Below, piece by piece: positions 37,587 to 47,604 of a stretch of 64,000 nucleotides of DNA. The translations under genes were made by a program, and so were the position numbers. Position 1 is the first letter of the stretch. Every line of letters starts with the position of its first letter. The notes below the pieces were generated by a model. The model was not told the origin of the DNA, made no database searches, and was given only the letters and a program-made list of their open reading frames with translations. The stretch is from Candidatus Saccharibacteria bacterium CPR2 (GTDB lineage Bacteria > Patescibacteriota > Saccharimonadia > Saccharimonadales > QWHN01). The stretch is taken from assembly GCA_021404905.1 (NCBI GenBank), contig QWHN01000002.1:13582-77581 (forward strand), read 5' to 3'.

Positions 37587-37726
37587 AAACCAATACCTCC
37601 TATTAGTCTTCAGCCCACCCTTTTTAATCTGAACTTTAGAATACAAGCTAATTTAAAGTCATGCAAATAAAAATCTGTGGAAAACACTAAATATGCAGCA
37701 TGTAAATAATATGCTAACGCTTACTT

Positions 37727-38251
37727 TTAATGAAGTAATTTATATATAGCGATACCTGCTGCCACGCTTACATTCAGGGATTCTTTTTCCCCTTGCATCT
37801 CTATCTCCAGAACTTGATCGCACTCATTAAGCACGCTTTTTTCTATTCCTTCCACTTCGTTCCCTAAAATTATTACGGACTTACCTGTTAAAGCGAATTT
37901 CTCAAGGTACACAGAATTATCGTCTTGCTCTAAGGCCAGCACCATAAAACCATCTTGCTTGGCAAACGATATATATTCATAAATATCGCTTTCATATCTA
38001 TATGAAATATTTTTTTCTGCTCCGAGCGACGTTTTTGCGATTCTAGTACTTAGTTTATTGATGATATGAGGTAGCCTGTTGTCATAGGGCAATTTAGGAT
38101 AAGGCGTATATCCAGTAAACACTATTTCGGATACACCAAGGCACTCACATGTTCTGATTATTGAACCGACGTTATGGGCGCTGCGAATATTGTGAGCGAC
38201 TACGACTAAAGGGTACTGTACTCTTGTTCTGCCATGCTGATTTTTTCTCAT
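37727..38251 (-). CDS. SpoU/TrmH-family RNA 2'-O-methyltransferase
   Basis: Motifs NIRSAHNVGSIIRTCECLGV and ILGNEVEGI are present, along with a C-terminal knot region. The ATG at 38251 lies within the tracked ORF. Confidence 0.8.
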   Translation of the reverse strand: MRKNQHGRTRVQYPLVVVAHNIRSAHNVGSIIRTCECLGVSEIVFTGYTPYPKLPYDNRLPHIINKLSTRIAKTSLGAEKNISYRYESDIYEYISFAKQDGFMVLALEQDDNSVYLEKFALTGKSVIILGNEVEGIEKSVLNECDQVLEIEMQGEKESLNVSVAAGIAIYKLLH

Positions 38252-38299
38252 ATGATATTCTCTAAAATGGTTATGTTTGATGTATAGTATAGATATTAT

Positions 38300-39898
38300 A
38301 TGGTACAAGATATACGAGAACAGGAAGAATTATCAACCAGAGGGCGGGCAAATTTGCTGGGCATCCCTTATGCGGATAGTCGTGAGCTGATAAAAGAGCC
38401 ATTACTTGAAGGAATTCTTTCCGTGCCGGAAATGTACGAAGATAAGGTAATTCCTCTCAAAAAAGATCATAGCACGCTAACATTTGGCATTTGCACCTCC
38501 ACTCCTCAACAAACTGCTCAAAAGATCAGGCAAAAATTCCAGGATGTAAATGTTGGTTTTTTGATGATTTCAGAATCTGGTTACAAAGAATTTATGCGAC
38601 GGTATGATCCGCCTAAAGAGGTTCACTATGAAGATATCGCGATAGCAACTCAAGACAGTAAAGACGCAATTAGTAATATTTCCCGCACCCTTGCATCCGT
38701 TAAGTCTGACGATATATTGGATTACTTAATAACACAGGCGGATAAATTAAATGCGTCGGACATACATTTTGAAACCGAGCAGGATTATGTCCGTATGCGT
38801 ATGCGAGTAGATGGCGTTTTACATCCTGTAGCACGACTAACTCACGACAAATATCGGCAACTTCAGTCCTCAATTGCCATTAAGGCGAATATATCCATAG
38901 ATGCTCCTGAGGCTCAAACTGGCCATATGACGCACAATATAACTGGCAAGGATGGGAAATCCCATATCTTGAATATGCGAATAGAAACCGTGCCGACAAA
39001 TTTTGGCCAAGACGCGGTCGTAAGACTTCTAAGTATTGATGCGGAGATACTTGATCTAAAAAAATTGGGCCTAAGTGACAGGCAGCGTCAAATAACACAG
39101 GATGCACTTTCTCATTCCCAGGGGATGATTATGTTGGTGGGTCCGACTGGTTCTGGTAAAACAACGACACTGTATTCGATGATAAAAGACCTCAATAGAC
39201 CTGATAGGAAAATTATTACGCTCGAAGACCCAGTGGAGTATGGGTTTGAGGGGGTGAGCCAGATTCCCGTTAATTCGCGTGGCGGGGATACGTTTGCGAA
39301 TAAATTGCGCGCAGTTTTGAGATTAGATCCTGATGTTGTTATGGTTGGCGAGATTAGAGATGTGGACACTGCAAAGACTGCCCTTCAAGCTGCATTAACC
39401 GGACATTTGGTGCTCTCAACGTTCCACGCCGCATCTGCGCCGGCGGCACTTAGCAGAATGAGGGAAATGATTGGCGACAATCCGTTATTCTCATCCGCTA
39501 TTAGCTTAATAGTTGCTCAAAGATTGGTACGTATTTTGGATGATGAGACTAAACAATCATATAAGCCAGACGAACAGATAAAAAATAAAATCGCCGAAGC
39601 CGTAAATTCATTGCCAGAAGGCTATGAAAAACCAAATTTGGATAATCTTGTGTTATATAAACCTGGCAAGAGCGAAAAAAATCCATTTGGGTATAAAGGC
39701 AGGGTTATGATTCTTGAACAGCTTCGAATTACACCATCAATCAGGGAGGTGTTGCGTGATCCTATAAAATCCCTTTCTACGGACGAGCTCAACAGGGCGG
39801 CAGTAAACGATGGCATGGTGAGCATGTATCAGGACGGCGTATTAAAAGCTATTGAGGGCATTACTTCGATAGAGGAAGTATTTAAGGTCACTGGCTAA
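38300..39898 (+). CDS. type II/IV secretion family ATPase (PilB/GspE-like)
   Basis: It has a T2SSE N-domain, the Walker A motif GPTGSGKTTT, Asp and His boxes, and GEIRD. Confidence 0.88.
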   Translation: MVQDIREQEELSTRGRANLLGIPYADSRELIKEPLLEGILSVPEMYEDKVIPLKKDHSTLTFGICTSTPQQTAQKIRQKFQDVNVGFLMISESGYKEFMRRYDPPKEVHYEDIAIATQDSKDAISNISRTLASVKSDDILDYLITQADKLNASDIHFETEQDYVRMRMRVDGVLHPVARLTHDKYRQLQSSIAIKANISIDAPEAQTGHMTHNITGKDGKSHILNMRIETVPTNFGQDAVVRLLSIDAEILDLKKLGLSDRQRQITQDALSHSQGMIMLVGPTGSGKTTTLYSMIKDLNRPDRKIITLEDPVEYGFEGVSQIPVNSRGGDTFANKLRAVLRLDPDVVMVGEIRDVDTAKTALQAALTGHLVLSTFHAASAPAALSRMREMIGDNPLFSSAISLIVAQRLVRILDDETKQSYKPDEQIKNKIAEAVNSLPEGYEKPNLDNLVLYKPGKSEKNPFGYKGRVMILEQLRITPSIREVLRDPIKSLSTDELNRAAVNDGMVSMYQDGVLKAIEGITSIEEVFKVTG

Positions 39899-41034
39899 TT
39901 AATAACACTGGCTATTTTTTCAACGACTTTTTTGTTTGAAATTTTAGGGATAATTTCCCCAGCACTTGGACTTTTTACGATACCTGCGAGCGCCAGTGCG
40001 GCTTTGAGCTTGTGCTCATCTGTTATTTTTGTAACCTGGTTATCCAGGGCGCCGCGAAAAATCCCTGGAAAAGCCAGGGCATTGTTGACTTGATTGGGGA
40101 AATCACTTCTGCCAGTCGCGACGACCGCAGCGCCGGTTGCATAAGCGTCACCAGGCAATATTTCAGGGTCGGGATTTGCCATAGCGAAAACTATCGGGTT
40201 TTTTGCCATGCTTTTGATGTGCTCGGCCTTGAGCAGCCCGCCCTTTGATACCCCTATAAATACATCACTGTTCTTCAATGCGTCTTCTAAACTGCCACTA
40301 GTTGAAGACTTGTTTGTAAATTTAAGTAGCTGCTTTTTAGCATCATTTAAATCTCTTCTTGCGCTGGAAATTATCCCTTTGCTGTCCAGCATTAAAATTT
40401 CACTGGTCGGGTCGTACTTGTAGATTAATTTAGCGATTGCGGTTCCTGCTGCCCCTGCGCCGACAATTGTGATTTTGAGGTTTTTAAAATCTTTACCAAC
40501 TACCTTAAGAGCGTTAATCAAACCAGCCAAAACTACCACAGCGGTGCCATGTTGATCGTCGTGCATCACTGGAATTTTGAGCATTTTTTTTAAATTTTCT
40601 TCAATATAAAAACATTTCGGCGCTGATATATCCTCGAGGTTTATGCCGCCAAAACTTGGCGCGAGCGCCGCGACTACCCGAATAATTTCATCAGGATCTT
40701 TTGTATTTAGTACCAGCGGGATCGCGTCGATACGGGCAAAATGTTTAAAGAGCATTGCCTTGCCTTCCATAACGGGCATAGCACCCTCGGGGCCAATATC
40801 GCCCAGCCCCAATACTGCCGAACCGTCAGATATTATCGCGACGGTATTGTTCGTGGACGTATATTCGCGCATCTCACTAGGGTTGTTTGCCAAATAAGAC
40901 GAGACTTTTGCTACTCCAGGAGTATAGTAAGCACTAAGTTTTTGCGGGTTATTAAGAGGGTCTTTAAGCTTAGTTTCTATTTTTCCCCGAAGTAGTTTGT
41001 GCGCTTCAAGAGGATCATTATAATTTATCTTCAT
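39895..41034 (-). CDS. NAD(P)-dependent malic enzyme (short form)
   Basis: Motifs YTPGVAKV, GLGDIGPEGAMPVMEGK and VGAGAAG are present. Confidence 0.88.
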   Translation of the reverse strand: MKINYNDPLEAHKLLRGKIETKLKDPLNNPQKLSAYYTPGVAKVSSYLANNPSEMREYTSTNNTVAIISDGSAVLGLGDIGPEGAMPVMEGKAMLFKHFARIDAIPLVLNTKDPDEIIRVVAALAPSFGGINLEDISAPKCFYIEENLKKMLKIPVMHDDQHGTAVVVLAGLINALKVVGKDFKNLKITIVGAGAAGTAIAKLIYKYDPTSEILMLDSKGIISSARRDLNDAKKQLLKFTNKSSTSGSLEDALKNSDVFIGVSKGGLLKAEHIKSMAKNPIVFAMANPDPEILPGDAYATGAAVVATGRSDFPNQVNNALAFPGIFRGALDNQVTKITDEHKLKAALALAGIVKSPSAGEIIPKISNKKVVEKIASVIN

Positions 41035-41099
41035 ATTTATGTGATTATATCAGCCATGGAACATGGTGGCGACAAACTATTGCTTTTCACCTCATATAT

Positions 41100-41621
41100 A
41101 TGATAAAGTCTTTCGAAGTTATGCAATCAGTAATTCAAAAACTAGATTTAAAATACTTGAAACCAAAAGTCGCGGACGTCAGGTCTGGAGACACCGTTAA
41201 AGTGCATCAAAAAGTTAAAGAAGGCAGCAAGGAAAGAGTACAGGTGTTTGAAGGCCTGGTAATCCGCACCCAAAGAAGAGGCTCGCTGCATTTTACAATC
41301 ACCGTGCGACGTATCGCAAGTGGTATTGGCGTTGAAAAAACTTTTGTTATGCACTCTCCGTCCGTGGTAAAAGTTGAAGTTGTTAAAAGAAGCAAAGTTA
41401 GAAGAAATTATTTGAGTTATATGCGCGCAAGAACTGGTAAATCAGCAAGACTTGCGGGGGTTGATTACGATTATGATGCGGTAAATGACGTGTCAGTACC
41501 TGAAGAAAAAACAACAGAAGTTGTCGAAGAAGTGGAAGAAAAACCAGTCAAAAGCAATAAAAGCGTTGAAACCGAAGAAACAAAAGAAGAACAAGCAGAT
41601 CAAAAAACTAAACGAACCTAA
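41100..41621 (+). CDS. rplS: 50S ribosomal protein L19 with a ~55-aa charged C-terminal extension
   Basis: The L19 core reads SGDTVKVHQKVKEGSKERVQVFEGLVI...FTITVRRIASGIGVEKTF. An extra E/K-rich tail follows. Confidence 0.9.
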   Translation: MIKSFEVMQSVIQKLDLKYLKPKVADVRSGDTVKVHQKVKEGSKERVQVFEGLVIRTQRRGSLHFTITVRRIASGIGVEKTFVMHSPSVVKVEVVKRSKVRRNYLSYMRARTGKSARLAGVDYDYDAVNDVSVPEEKTTEVVEEVEEKPVKSNKSVETEETKEEQADQKTKRT

Positions 41622-41678
41622 CGATAAAGCTCAAACAGCAAAACAGTAAAAGATTATTGCTGATATAATCTAAAGATT

Positions 41679-42482
41679 ATGTCAGATTATTATAACGGTA
41701 AACGCAGCCGCAATATTTACAACCCGGCAAGCAAAGAACCCTTTAAGCTATCCAGATCTAAGATTGATTTATTTTTAGAGTGTCCGCGATGTTTTTATAT
41801 AGATATTAGACTCGGAGTTGGTCGACCTCCGGGATATCCATTTACATTAAATAGCGCCGTTGATAACTTGCTGAAAAACGAGTTTGATTTGCTAAGAAAA
41901 AGTGGCGACACCCATAAAATCATTAAAGACTTTAATGTTGATGCCAAGCCGGCCGAGCATAAGATGCTGGGCGAATGGCGGGAAAATTTCAAGGGCATTC
42001 GCTATTTGGATGAAAAACATAACCTCATCATTACCGGTGCCATTGACGATTTATGGATAAATTCGAAGAACGAATATATCGTTGTCGATTATAAAGCCAC
42101 GGCAAAATCCGAACCTGTCAAAGAGCTCACTGATGCCTCTCATCATCAAAGTTACAAAAAGCAGCTGGAAGTCTACCAATGGCTTTTAAGGAAAAGTCAG
42201 CTTAAGGTAAGCGAAGAGGCTTACTTAGTTTATTGCACGGGCAGGCCTAACGAAGAAAAGTTTGACGCTTGTCTTAATTTTGATATAAATCTGATTATGT
42301 ATAAGGGCAACACGGATTGGGTTGAGCCAACGATAGAAAAAATGAAAACCACTCTTGATTCAAATAAGCTTCCTAAGTTTAGTGCCGATTGCGACTATTG
42401 CAAATATGTTTCAAAACGTCTTGAAGTAGTGGAAGACATGAGCGGCAAGAAAATTCAGAGCGAGTTATTTGGGATTTCATAA
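41679..42482 (+). CDS. PD-(D/E)XK nuclease, Cas4/RecB-like with Cys pairs
   Basis: It has the nuclease motifs GAIDDL...VVDYK and the QxxxY-like QLEVYQWL. An N-terminal CPRC and a C-terminal CDYC form two Cys pairs. Confidence 0.6.
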   Translation: MSDYYNGKRSRNIYNPASKEPFKLSRSKIDLFLECPRCFYIDIRLGVGRPPGYPFTLNSAVDNLLKNEFDLLRKSGDTHKIIKDFNVDAKPAEHKMLGEWRENFKGIRYLDEKHNLIITGAIDDLWINSKNEYIVVDYKATAKSEPVKELTDASHHQSYKKQLEVYQWLLRKSQLKVSEEAYLVYCTGRPNEEKFDACLNFDINLIMYKGNTDWVEPTIEKMKTTLDSNKLPKFSADCDYCKYVSKRLEVVEDMSGKKIQSELFGIS

Positions 42483-43049
42483 ATGATAAGCGTAGGTATA
42501 GACGAGGTTGGACGCGGAGCGTGGGCCGGTCCATTGGTGGTTACCGCTGTAGCGCTGGATCTGAATATAAAATTGCCACGACTTAAGGATTCAAAAAAAC
42601 TAAGCTCAAAACAGCGTGTACAACTTGAGAAAAGCATCAGAGAGAACGCGCATGATATAGCGATTGCCTGGGTGCCCTCGATAGACATTGACGAGGTTGG
42701 TTTGGGCGCCGCTTTGGGGAATGCGATGAGAGAGGCATTGAATGGTTTGAACTGCCACTTTGGGCGCGTAATTGTTGATGGCAATGTTGATTATGTGAAG
42801 TTCGGTAATTTAAGTCGGGCGGTTGTAAGGGCGGACGATCAATTTCCCGAAGTTTCAGCCGCGTCAATCGTAGCTAAGGTATCAAGAGACAATTACATGA
42901 GAAAAATGTCACTCGAGTATAAAGAATATGGTTTTGAGAAAAATGTCGGATATGGCACAAAACAGCATCTCGAAGCTCTTCAAAAACATGGGCCAATAAA
43001 AAATTTCCATCGTTTTAGTTTTAAGCCGATCAGCGAGCTTGCGAAATGA
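42483..43049 (+). CDS. rnhB: ribonuclease HII
   Basis: Motifs GIDEVGRGAWAGPLVV, DSKKLS and ASIVAK are present. Confidence 0.9.
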   Translation: MISVGIDEVGRGAWAGPLVVTAVALDLNIKLPRLKDSKKLSSKQRVQLEKSIRENAHDIAIAWVPSIDIDEVGLGAALGNAMREALNGLNCHFGRVIVDGNVDYVKFGNLSRAVVRADDQFPEVSAASIVAKVSRDNYMRKMSLEYKEYGFEKNVGYGTKQHLEALQKHGPIKNFHRFSFKPISELAK

Positions 43050-43390
43050 ATACGACAGGTATCGGCAAAAATGCTGAAAGCGCTGCGGCGGAATATGTCA
43101 GCGGATTAGGTTTTAAAGTTATAACGCAAAATTGGAAAAGGCCAATGTGCGAAATAGATTTGATCGCGACCAAAGACGGGGTTGTTTACTTCATTGAAGT
43201 GAAATATCGCAAATCGGACGATCATGGAGGGGGGTTGGATTACATTACCTCAAAAAAACTGGATCAAATGAAATTTGCCGCCAAGTGCTGGATCAGCGAG
43301 AACCGCTACAAAGGCAACTATGAGCTCTCAGCCATCGAAGCCAGTGGCCAAAATCAAAAAATCACCGCATTTATTCAAGAACTGACATAA
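43046..43390 (+). CDS. yraN: YraN-family endonuclease (UPF0102)
   Basis: The pattern GKNAESAAAEYV...CEIDLIA...YFIEVKYR matches the family. The start overlaps the rnhB stop. Confidence 0.8.
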   Translation: MNTTGIGKNAESAAAEYVSGLGFKVITQNWKRPMCEIDLIATKDGVVYFIEVKYRKSDDHGGGLDYITSKKLDQMKFAAKCWISENRYKGNYELSAIEASGQNQKITAFIQELT

Positions 43391-43393
43391 GTA

Positions 43394-45946
43394 TTAGTTG
43401 GTAAAATTTTCTAAGAATTTTAGGACTTTTTTGTGGTCGCGTTTTTTCCAGGCGGATTGCCACTGGATAGATTCCAGAGCTTGATCGATTGATCTTTGGA
43501 TTCCGGGAGTTGGAACTGATTCAAAAAATCCTTTTACTTCGCCGAGTTTTGATTCGTCTGAAAAAGCGCTGCCGATGTATTTAGGGATGGACGCGAAAAA
43601 CATGTCTTTGGCGAAGTTATCAAGTATCCATTGCCAATTATCTTGAATCCAATCAAATGCCAAATTTTTGGCTTTTCGATTCATCAGGATATAACCCAGC
43701 CAATAGGGAACGTCCTGCAATCTTACTTCTTTTGATTTTATATACCCAAGAGATTTACTTATAAGCTTCTCGTCTTCAAAACTCGTTAGTCCGCAAGCAA
43801 GGTTGACTCTTTCTTCAGCCGAATCGGTGGTTTTGTAAAGATTTAGCAATTTTTCGTAAGTCATTTTGCCACCAACTCTCGCGTTGGTGCCGTAGATAAT
43901 GCCTCTTATATCCGGGTGAATATCTTCGGGCTTTTCCATTTTGTTGAAACGGGAAATTGCTTCGTCAAGGATTTGCTTATCTCTTGTGGAACACATCAGA
44001 CTAAGTATTGTGGGTCGGAGAAGTTTATCAAAATGAGTGTCCGTATTTTTTTCGTTCCACCCGAGACGTTCGAATTGTTTTTTTGCCAGATTGTATGTGA
44101 ATGGCCTTAGAGTTTCTATGGTAGCATCATCGTCCATAACGCGCCGCAAAGAGCTGAGTTGGATTGCGATTACATCCCAAACAAGGGCGTTGTCTTCTTC
44201 GCTAAAACCACTCAAAAAATCAAGAGCTTCATCCGTCGAAGTATGTCCGATGCCAGCTTTGGTCAACTGAAAAGCGTCATTGATAACTCCCAAACGGTCT
44301 TCCGGCTCAAGTTGCTTGTTTAAAATTTTTTGCTTGAGTTGGGCTAAATGCTCGTCTTCGTAGGCGACCATATAAAAACCGCTTTGCTTATAATTGAGTT
44401 TTAATTTGTTTGACTCGGAAATTTTCCATGTATCGGCATGCTTATCAAAATAATAACTTTTGCCAACATTAGACTGAATTGAGATTGGCCAGATTTGTTT
44501 CTTGGCTTTTTTGCGGGACGATTGATCTATAAGATATCTATTTTGAGTTAAACCCAGTCCACTTTTAGAATTTTCCAGAGTTACAACTGGGAATCCCGGC
44601 AGGCTTGTCCAGGCAGACATAAAGCTTTTAACAGGCTTTTTAGACACGAACTCCAGAGCTTCCCAGAGGTCGTCAGTCGAGGCGTTCGAGTATTTATATT
44701 TATTAAGATAATAAATGAGTCCTTTTCGAAAGTCGTCAGCGCCCAGGAAATCGTGAAGCATTCTGATGACACTCGCGCCTTTGTTGTAACTAATTGAATC
44801 AAATATCGAGCGAATTTCATCCGGGTCGTCTATCTTTACTTGAATGGGGTGAGTACTTTTAAGAGAGTCGAGGAATTGGGCTGGGAAGAAGTTGTCGATA
44901 ATGAATTGAGACCACATTTGCCATTCTGGAAACAAATAATCAACTGCCAAATACTCGATCCAGCTGGCGAATCCCTCGTTTAGCCACAAGTCATCCCACC
45001 ACTTCATGGTTACCAAATTTCCAAACCACTGATGAGCAAGCTCGTGCGCGATAACAATCGCGACATGTTGCTTTGTTGGCAGAGATGTATTTTTATAGTC
45101 CACCAACAGGGCCGCTTCCCTGAACGTAATTAGCCCCCAATTTTCCATAGCCCCGCTGGCAAAATCAGGCAGAGCAATAAGATCGCATTTTGGCAGCGGA
45201 TAGGGAATTTCAAAATATTCGTTGTAATAATCCAGGCATTTAGTTGCCACATCAAGAGCAAAGGATAGGTGCCCTGCATTGTTTGGCGTTGCCCAAACGT
45301 TAATCTCAGTACCGTTTTTGGAAACACTGGTTGAAGATTTAACATCTCCGATTACAAAAGCCAGTAAATATGGCGACATGATCGGGGATGTTTCAAACTG
45401 CCAGATTCTTTTGCTCCCGACTTTTTTATTGGTATTAACAGGCATGTTGGATAAAGCCGTGAGGGCGGCATCCGTCCTTAGCTCAAGAGTAAACTTAGCT
45501 TTGGCTTCCGGCTCATCGATACAGGGAAAAACCTCTCTTGCGTGATGTGATTCGAACTGAGTTGCCAGAAGCTGTTTTGTTTTAGCTCCATCTTTGTAGT
45601 GGCACGGGTAGAGTCCATGTAAAGTTTCAGTGATTTTGCCTGAAAATTCTATTTGTATTTCGAGGACACTGTTTTTTTTCAACTCGCGCTCAAGATGCAA
45701 AATTAATTCATCGTTTTGTTTGATTAGTTCGACAGATTTGACTTTGATCTCATTTTTCCCCAATAATATGCGGGCATTAATTACGGCCAAATCCGAACTG
45801 TGCAGGGTGATTCTATCTGTCTTTACTAAATTTGTTGCTTGAATAATCACTTTGCCTGTAAAAGACATCTCCCCATCGTCTATATCCAAACTTAAAACAT
45901 AGGATTCTGGCTTCAGATCTTCGAATAATCGTTTAACTTGACTCAT
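43394..45946 (-). CDS. pepN: M1-family aminopeptidase N
   Basis: It has GAMENWG and the zinc motif HELAHQWFGNLVTMKWWDDLWLNEGFA. Confidence 0.92.
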   Translation of the reverse strand: MSQVKRLFEDLKPESYVLSLDIDDGEMSFTGKVIIQATNLVKTDRITLHSSDLAVINARILLGKNEIKVKSVELIKQNDELILHLERELKKNSVLEIQIEFSGKITETLHGLYPCHYKDGAKTKQLLATQFESHHAREVFPCIDEPEAKAKFTLELRTDAALTALSNMPVNTNKKVGSKRIWQFETSPIMSPYLLAFVIGDVKSSTSVSKNGTEINVWATPNNAGHLSFALDVATKCLDYYNEYFEIPYPLPKCDLIALPDFASGAMENWGLITFREAALLVDYKNTSLPTKQHVAIVIAHELAHQWFGNLVTMKWWDDLWLNEGFASWIEYLAVDYLFPEWQMWSQFIIDNFFPAQFLDSLKSTHPIQVKIDDPDEIRSIFDSISYNKGASVIRMLHDFLGADDFRKGLIYYLNKYKYSNASTDDLWEALEFVSKKPVKSFMSAWTSLPGFPVVTLENSKSGLGLTQNRYLIDQSSRKKAKKQIWPISIQSNVGKSYYFDKHADTWKISESNKLKLNYKQSGFYMVAYEDEHLAQLKQKILNKQLEPEDRLGVINDAFQLTKAGIGHTSTDEALDFLSGFSEEDNALVWDVIAIQLSSLRRVMDDDATIETLRPFTYNLAKKQFERLGWNEKNTDTHFDKLLRPTILSLMCSTRDKQILDEAISRFNKMEKPEDIHPDIRGIIYGTNARVGGKMTYEKLLNLYKTTDSAEERVNLACGLTSFEDEKLISKSLGYIKSKEVRLQDVPYWLGYILMNRKAKNLAFDWIQDNWQWILDNFAKDMFFASIPKYIGSAFSDESKLGEVKGFFESVPTPGIQRSIDQALESIQWQSAWKKRDHKKVLKFLENFTN

Positions 45947-45989
45947 GAATAAAATTCTATCATGATTAAAAATGAAATTGAGGAGAAAA

Positions 45990-46289
45990 ATGAGCGAGAC
46001 GATAAAACCAATACCAGATATTTACTCAAATCAAGATTATGGACTTGGTGAAGCCATAGATTTTGAGCGGGAAGAGTGGAAACGGGCAGCCCTTTGCGCG
46101 GATCCGGCATATAAGGATGTTAACTTCTTTTTAGAACGGGGAGAAAGTTCAAAAGCAGCCAAACAGGTTTGTGCTGAATGTGATGTTCAAGAAGAATGTC
46201 TTAATTATGCTGAGGATAATAATGAACGTTTTGGTATTTGGGGAGGTAAATCTCGAAGAAAAAGACAAAAAATAAATCAGGGACAGTAA
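45990..46289 (+). CDS. whiB: WhiB-like (Wbl) Fe-S transcription factor
   Basis: Four Cys residues are spaced C-x24-C-x2-C-x5-C (CADP...CAECDVQEEC), followed by GIWGG and the basic tail KSRRKRQK. The ATG at 45990 is preceded by GAGGAG. Confidence 0.75.
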   Translation: MSETIKPIPDIYSNQDYGLGEAIDFEREEWKRAALCADPAYKDVNFFLERGESSKAAKQVCAECDVQEECLNYAEDNNERFGIWGGKSRRKRQKINQGQ

Positions 46290-46363
46290 AATTAATATAA
46301 GAATGTCAGAAAGTGATTGAATAAAATTAGAAGATGTTATACCCTTAGCATGTTACTATGACT

Positions 46364-46387
46364 GTCGGCCGAAAGGTCGGCTTTTTT
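46364..46387 (+). terminator. Rho-independent terminator after the whiB-like gene
   Basis: The hairpin GTCGGCC-GAAA-GGTCGGC is followed by TTTTTT. Confidence 0.7.
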
Positions 46388-46408
46388 AAATGAAAGGCAT
46401 AAAATTTT

Positions 46409-47584
46409 ATGGAAATTCAAACCAAACAGTTAGTACTTGCTGTTAAACAAATCGCGGAAGAAAAAAATTTACCTAACGAAGTTGTGCATGAAATCGTTGA
46501 ACAAGCAATGGCAGCGGCATATCGTAAGGATCACGGTAAAAAAGACCAGGAAGTGCGAACTCAGATTAATACCAACACCGGCGAAATGAGAGTTTTCGTA
46601 AGCAAAGAGATTGTCGATAAAGTTGAAGACGGAGATTTACAGATATCGATTGAAGACGCTAAACAAATAACAGACAATGCAAAAATCGGGGAAATGGTAG
46701 AAATCGAAAGAAAGGCGGAATCATTCGGGCGAGTTGCGGCGCAAACTGCAAAACAAGTAATTTTGCAAAAATTGCGTGAAGCCGAGAGAGAAATTGTCTT
46801 AACTGAATATAACGACAAAATTGGAGAGGTGCTAAGCGGCGTAGTCCAACGCGTTGAATCTAGAATTATCAGAATAGATCTCGGCAAAGCATCGGGGATT
46901 TTGCCCCAATCAGAGCAAATTCCTGGAGAGCATTACTCAATCGGCTCCAGGATAAAAGTCTTTTTGAAAGATGTTGAACGGTCTGCACGTGGGCCTCAGT
47001 TAATACTTAGCCGCGCAAATACCAGTTTTATCGAACATCTTTTTAGAAATGAAGTTCCAGAAATGGAAAATGGCGCTGTTGAAATAAAGGCAATCGCGCG
47101 CGAAGCTGGGGTTCGTACTAAAATCGCGGTTGCTTCATCTGTGCCAGGCGTTGATCCTGTTGGCACATTCGTCGGCGGTCATGGCACAAGAGTCCAGGCG
47201 GTTATGAGCGAGATTGGTGATCAGGAGAAAATCGACATTATCAGTTATGAAGAAGACCCCGCGGTATTCATAAAAAGCGCTCTGTCTCCAACAGAAGTAG
47301 CAGATGTAAAGATTAATGATAAGGAAAAGAAAGCAACTGTTAAAGTAGCAGAAGATCAACTTTCAGTTGCAATTGGCAAGGGCGGGCAAAATGTACGTCT
47401 GGCATCGTCCTTAACTGGGTATGAAATTGATATAGAGTCGCTAAACGGAAGGGCTAAAGAATCTCCTGCCAAGAGCGCAGACAAAACGAATGACAATGAA
47501 CCGCGACGTAAAAAACGCCAGAACATTGAGGATTCGCTGCTCTCAGCCATAAACGAACAGCAAAATAATAGCGAAGAAGAGTAA
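46409..47584 (+). CDS. nusA: transcription termination/antitermination factor NusA
   Basis: The N-terminal domain, the S1 domain (GEVLSGVVQRVE) and two KH domains (GKGGQNVRLAS) are present. Confidence 0.92.
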   Translation: MEIQTKQLVLAVKQIAEEKNLPNEVVHEIVEQAMAAAYRKDHGKKDQEVRTQINTNTGEMRVFVSKEIVDKVEDGDLQISIEDAKQITDNAKIGEMVEIERKAESFGRVAAQTAKQVILQKLREAEREIVLTEYNDKIGEVLSGVVQRVESRIIRIDLGKASGILPQSEQIPGEHYSIGSRIKVFLKDVERSARGPQLILSRANTSFIEHLFRNEVPEMENGAVEIKAIAREAGVRTKIAVASSVPGVDPVGTFVGGHGTRVQAVMSEIGDQEKIDIISYEEDPAVFIKSALSPTEVADVKINDKEKKATVKVAEDQLSVAIGKGGQNVRLASSLTGYEIDIESLNGRAKESPAKSADKTNDNEPRRKKRQNIEDSLLSAINEQQNNSEEE

Positions 47585-47604
47585 ATACACCTACTTTGTA
47601 ATAA

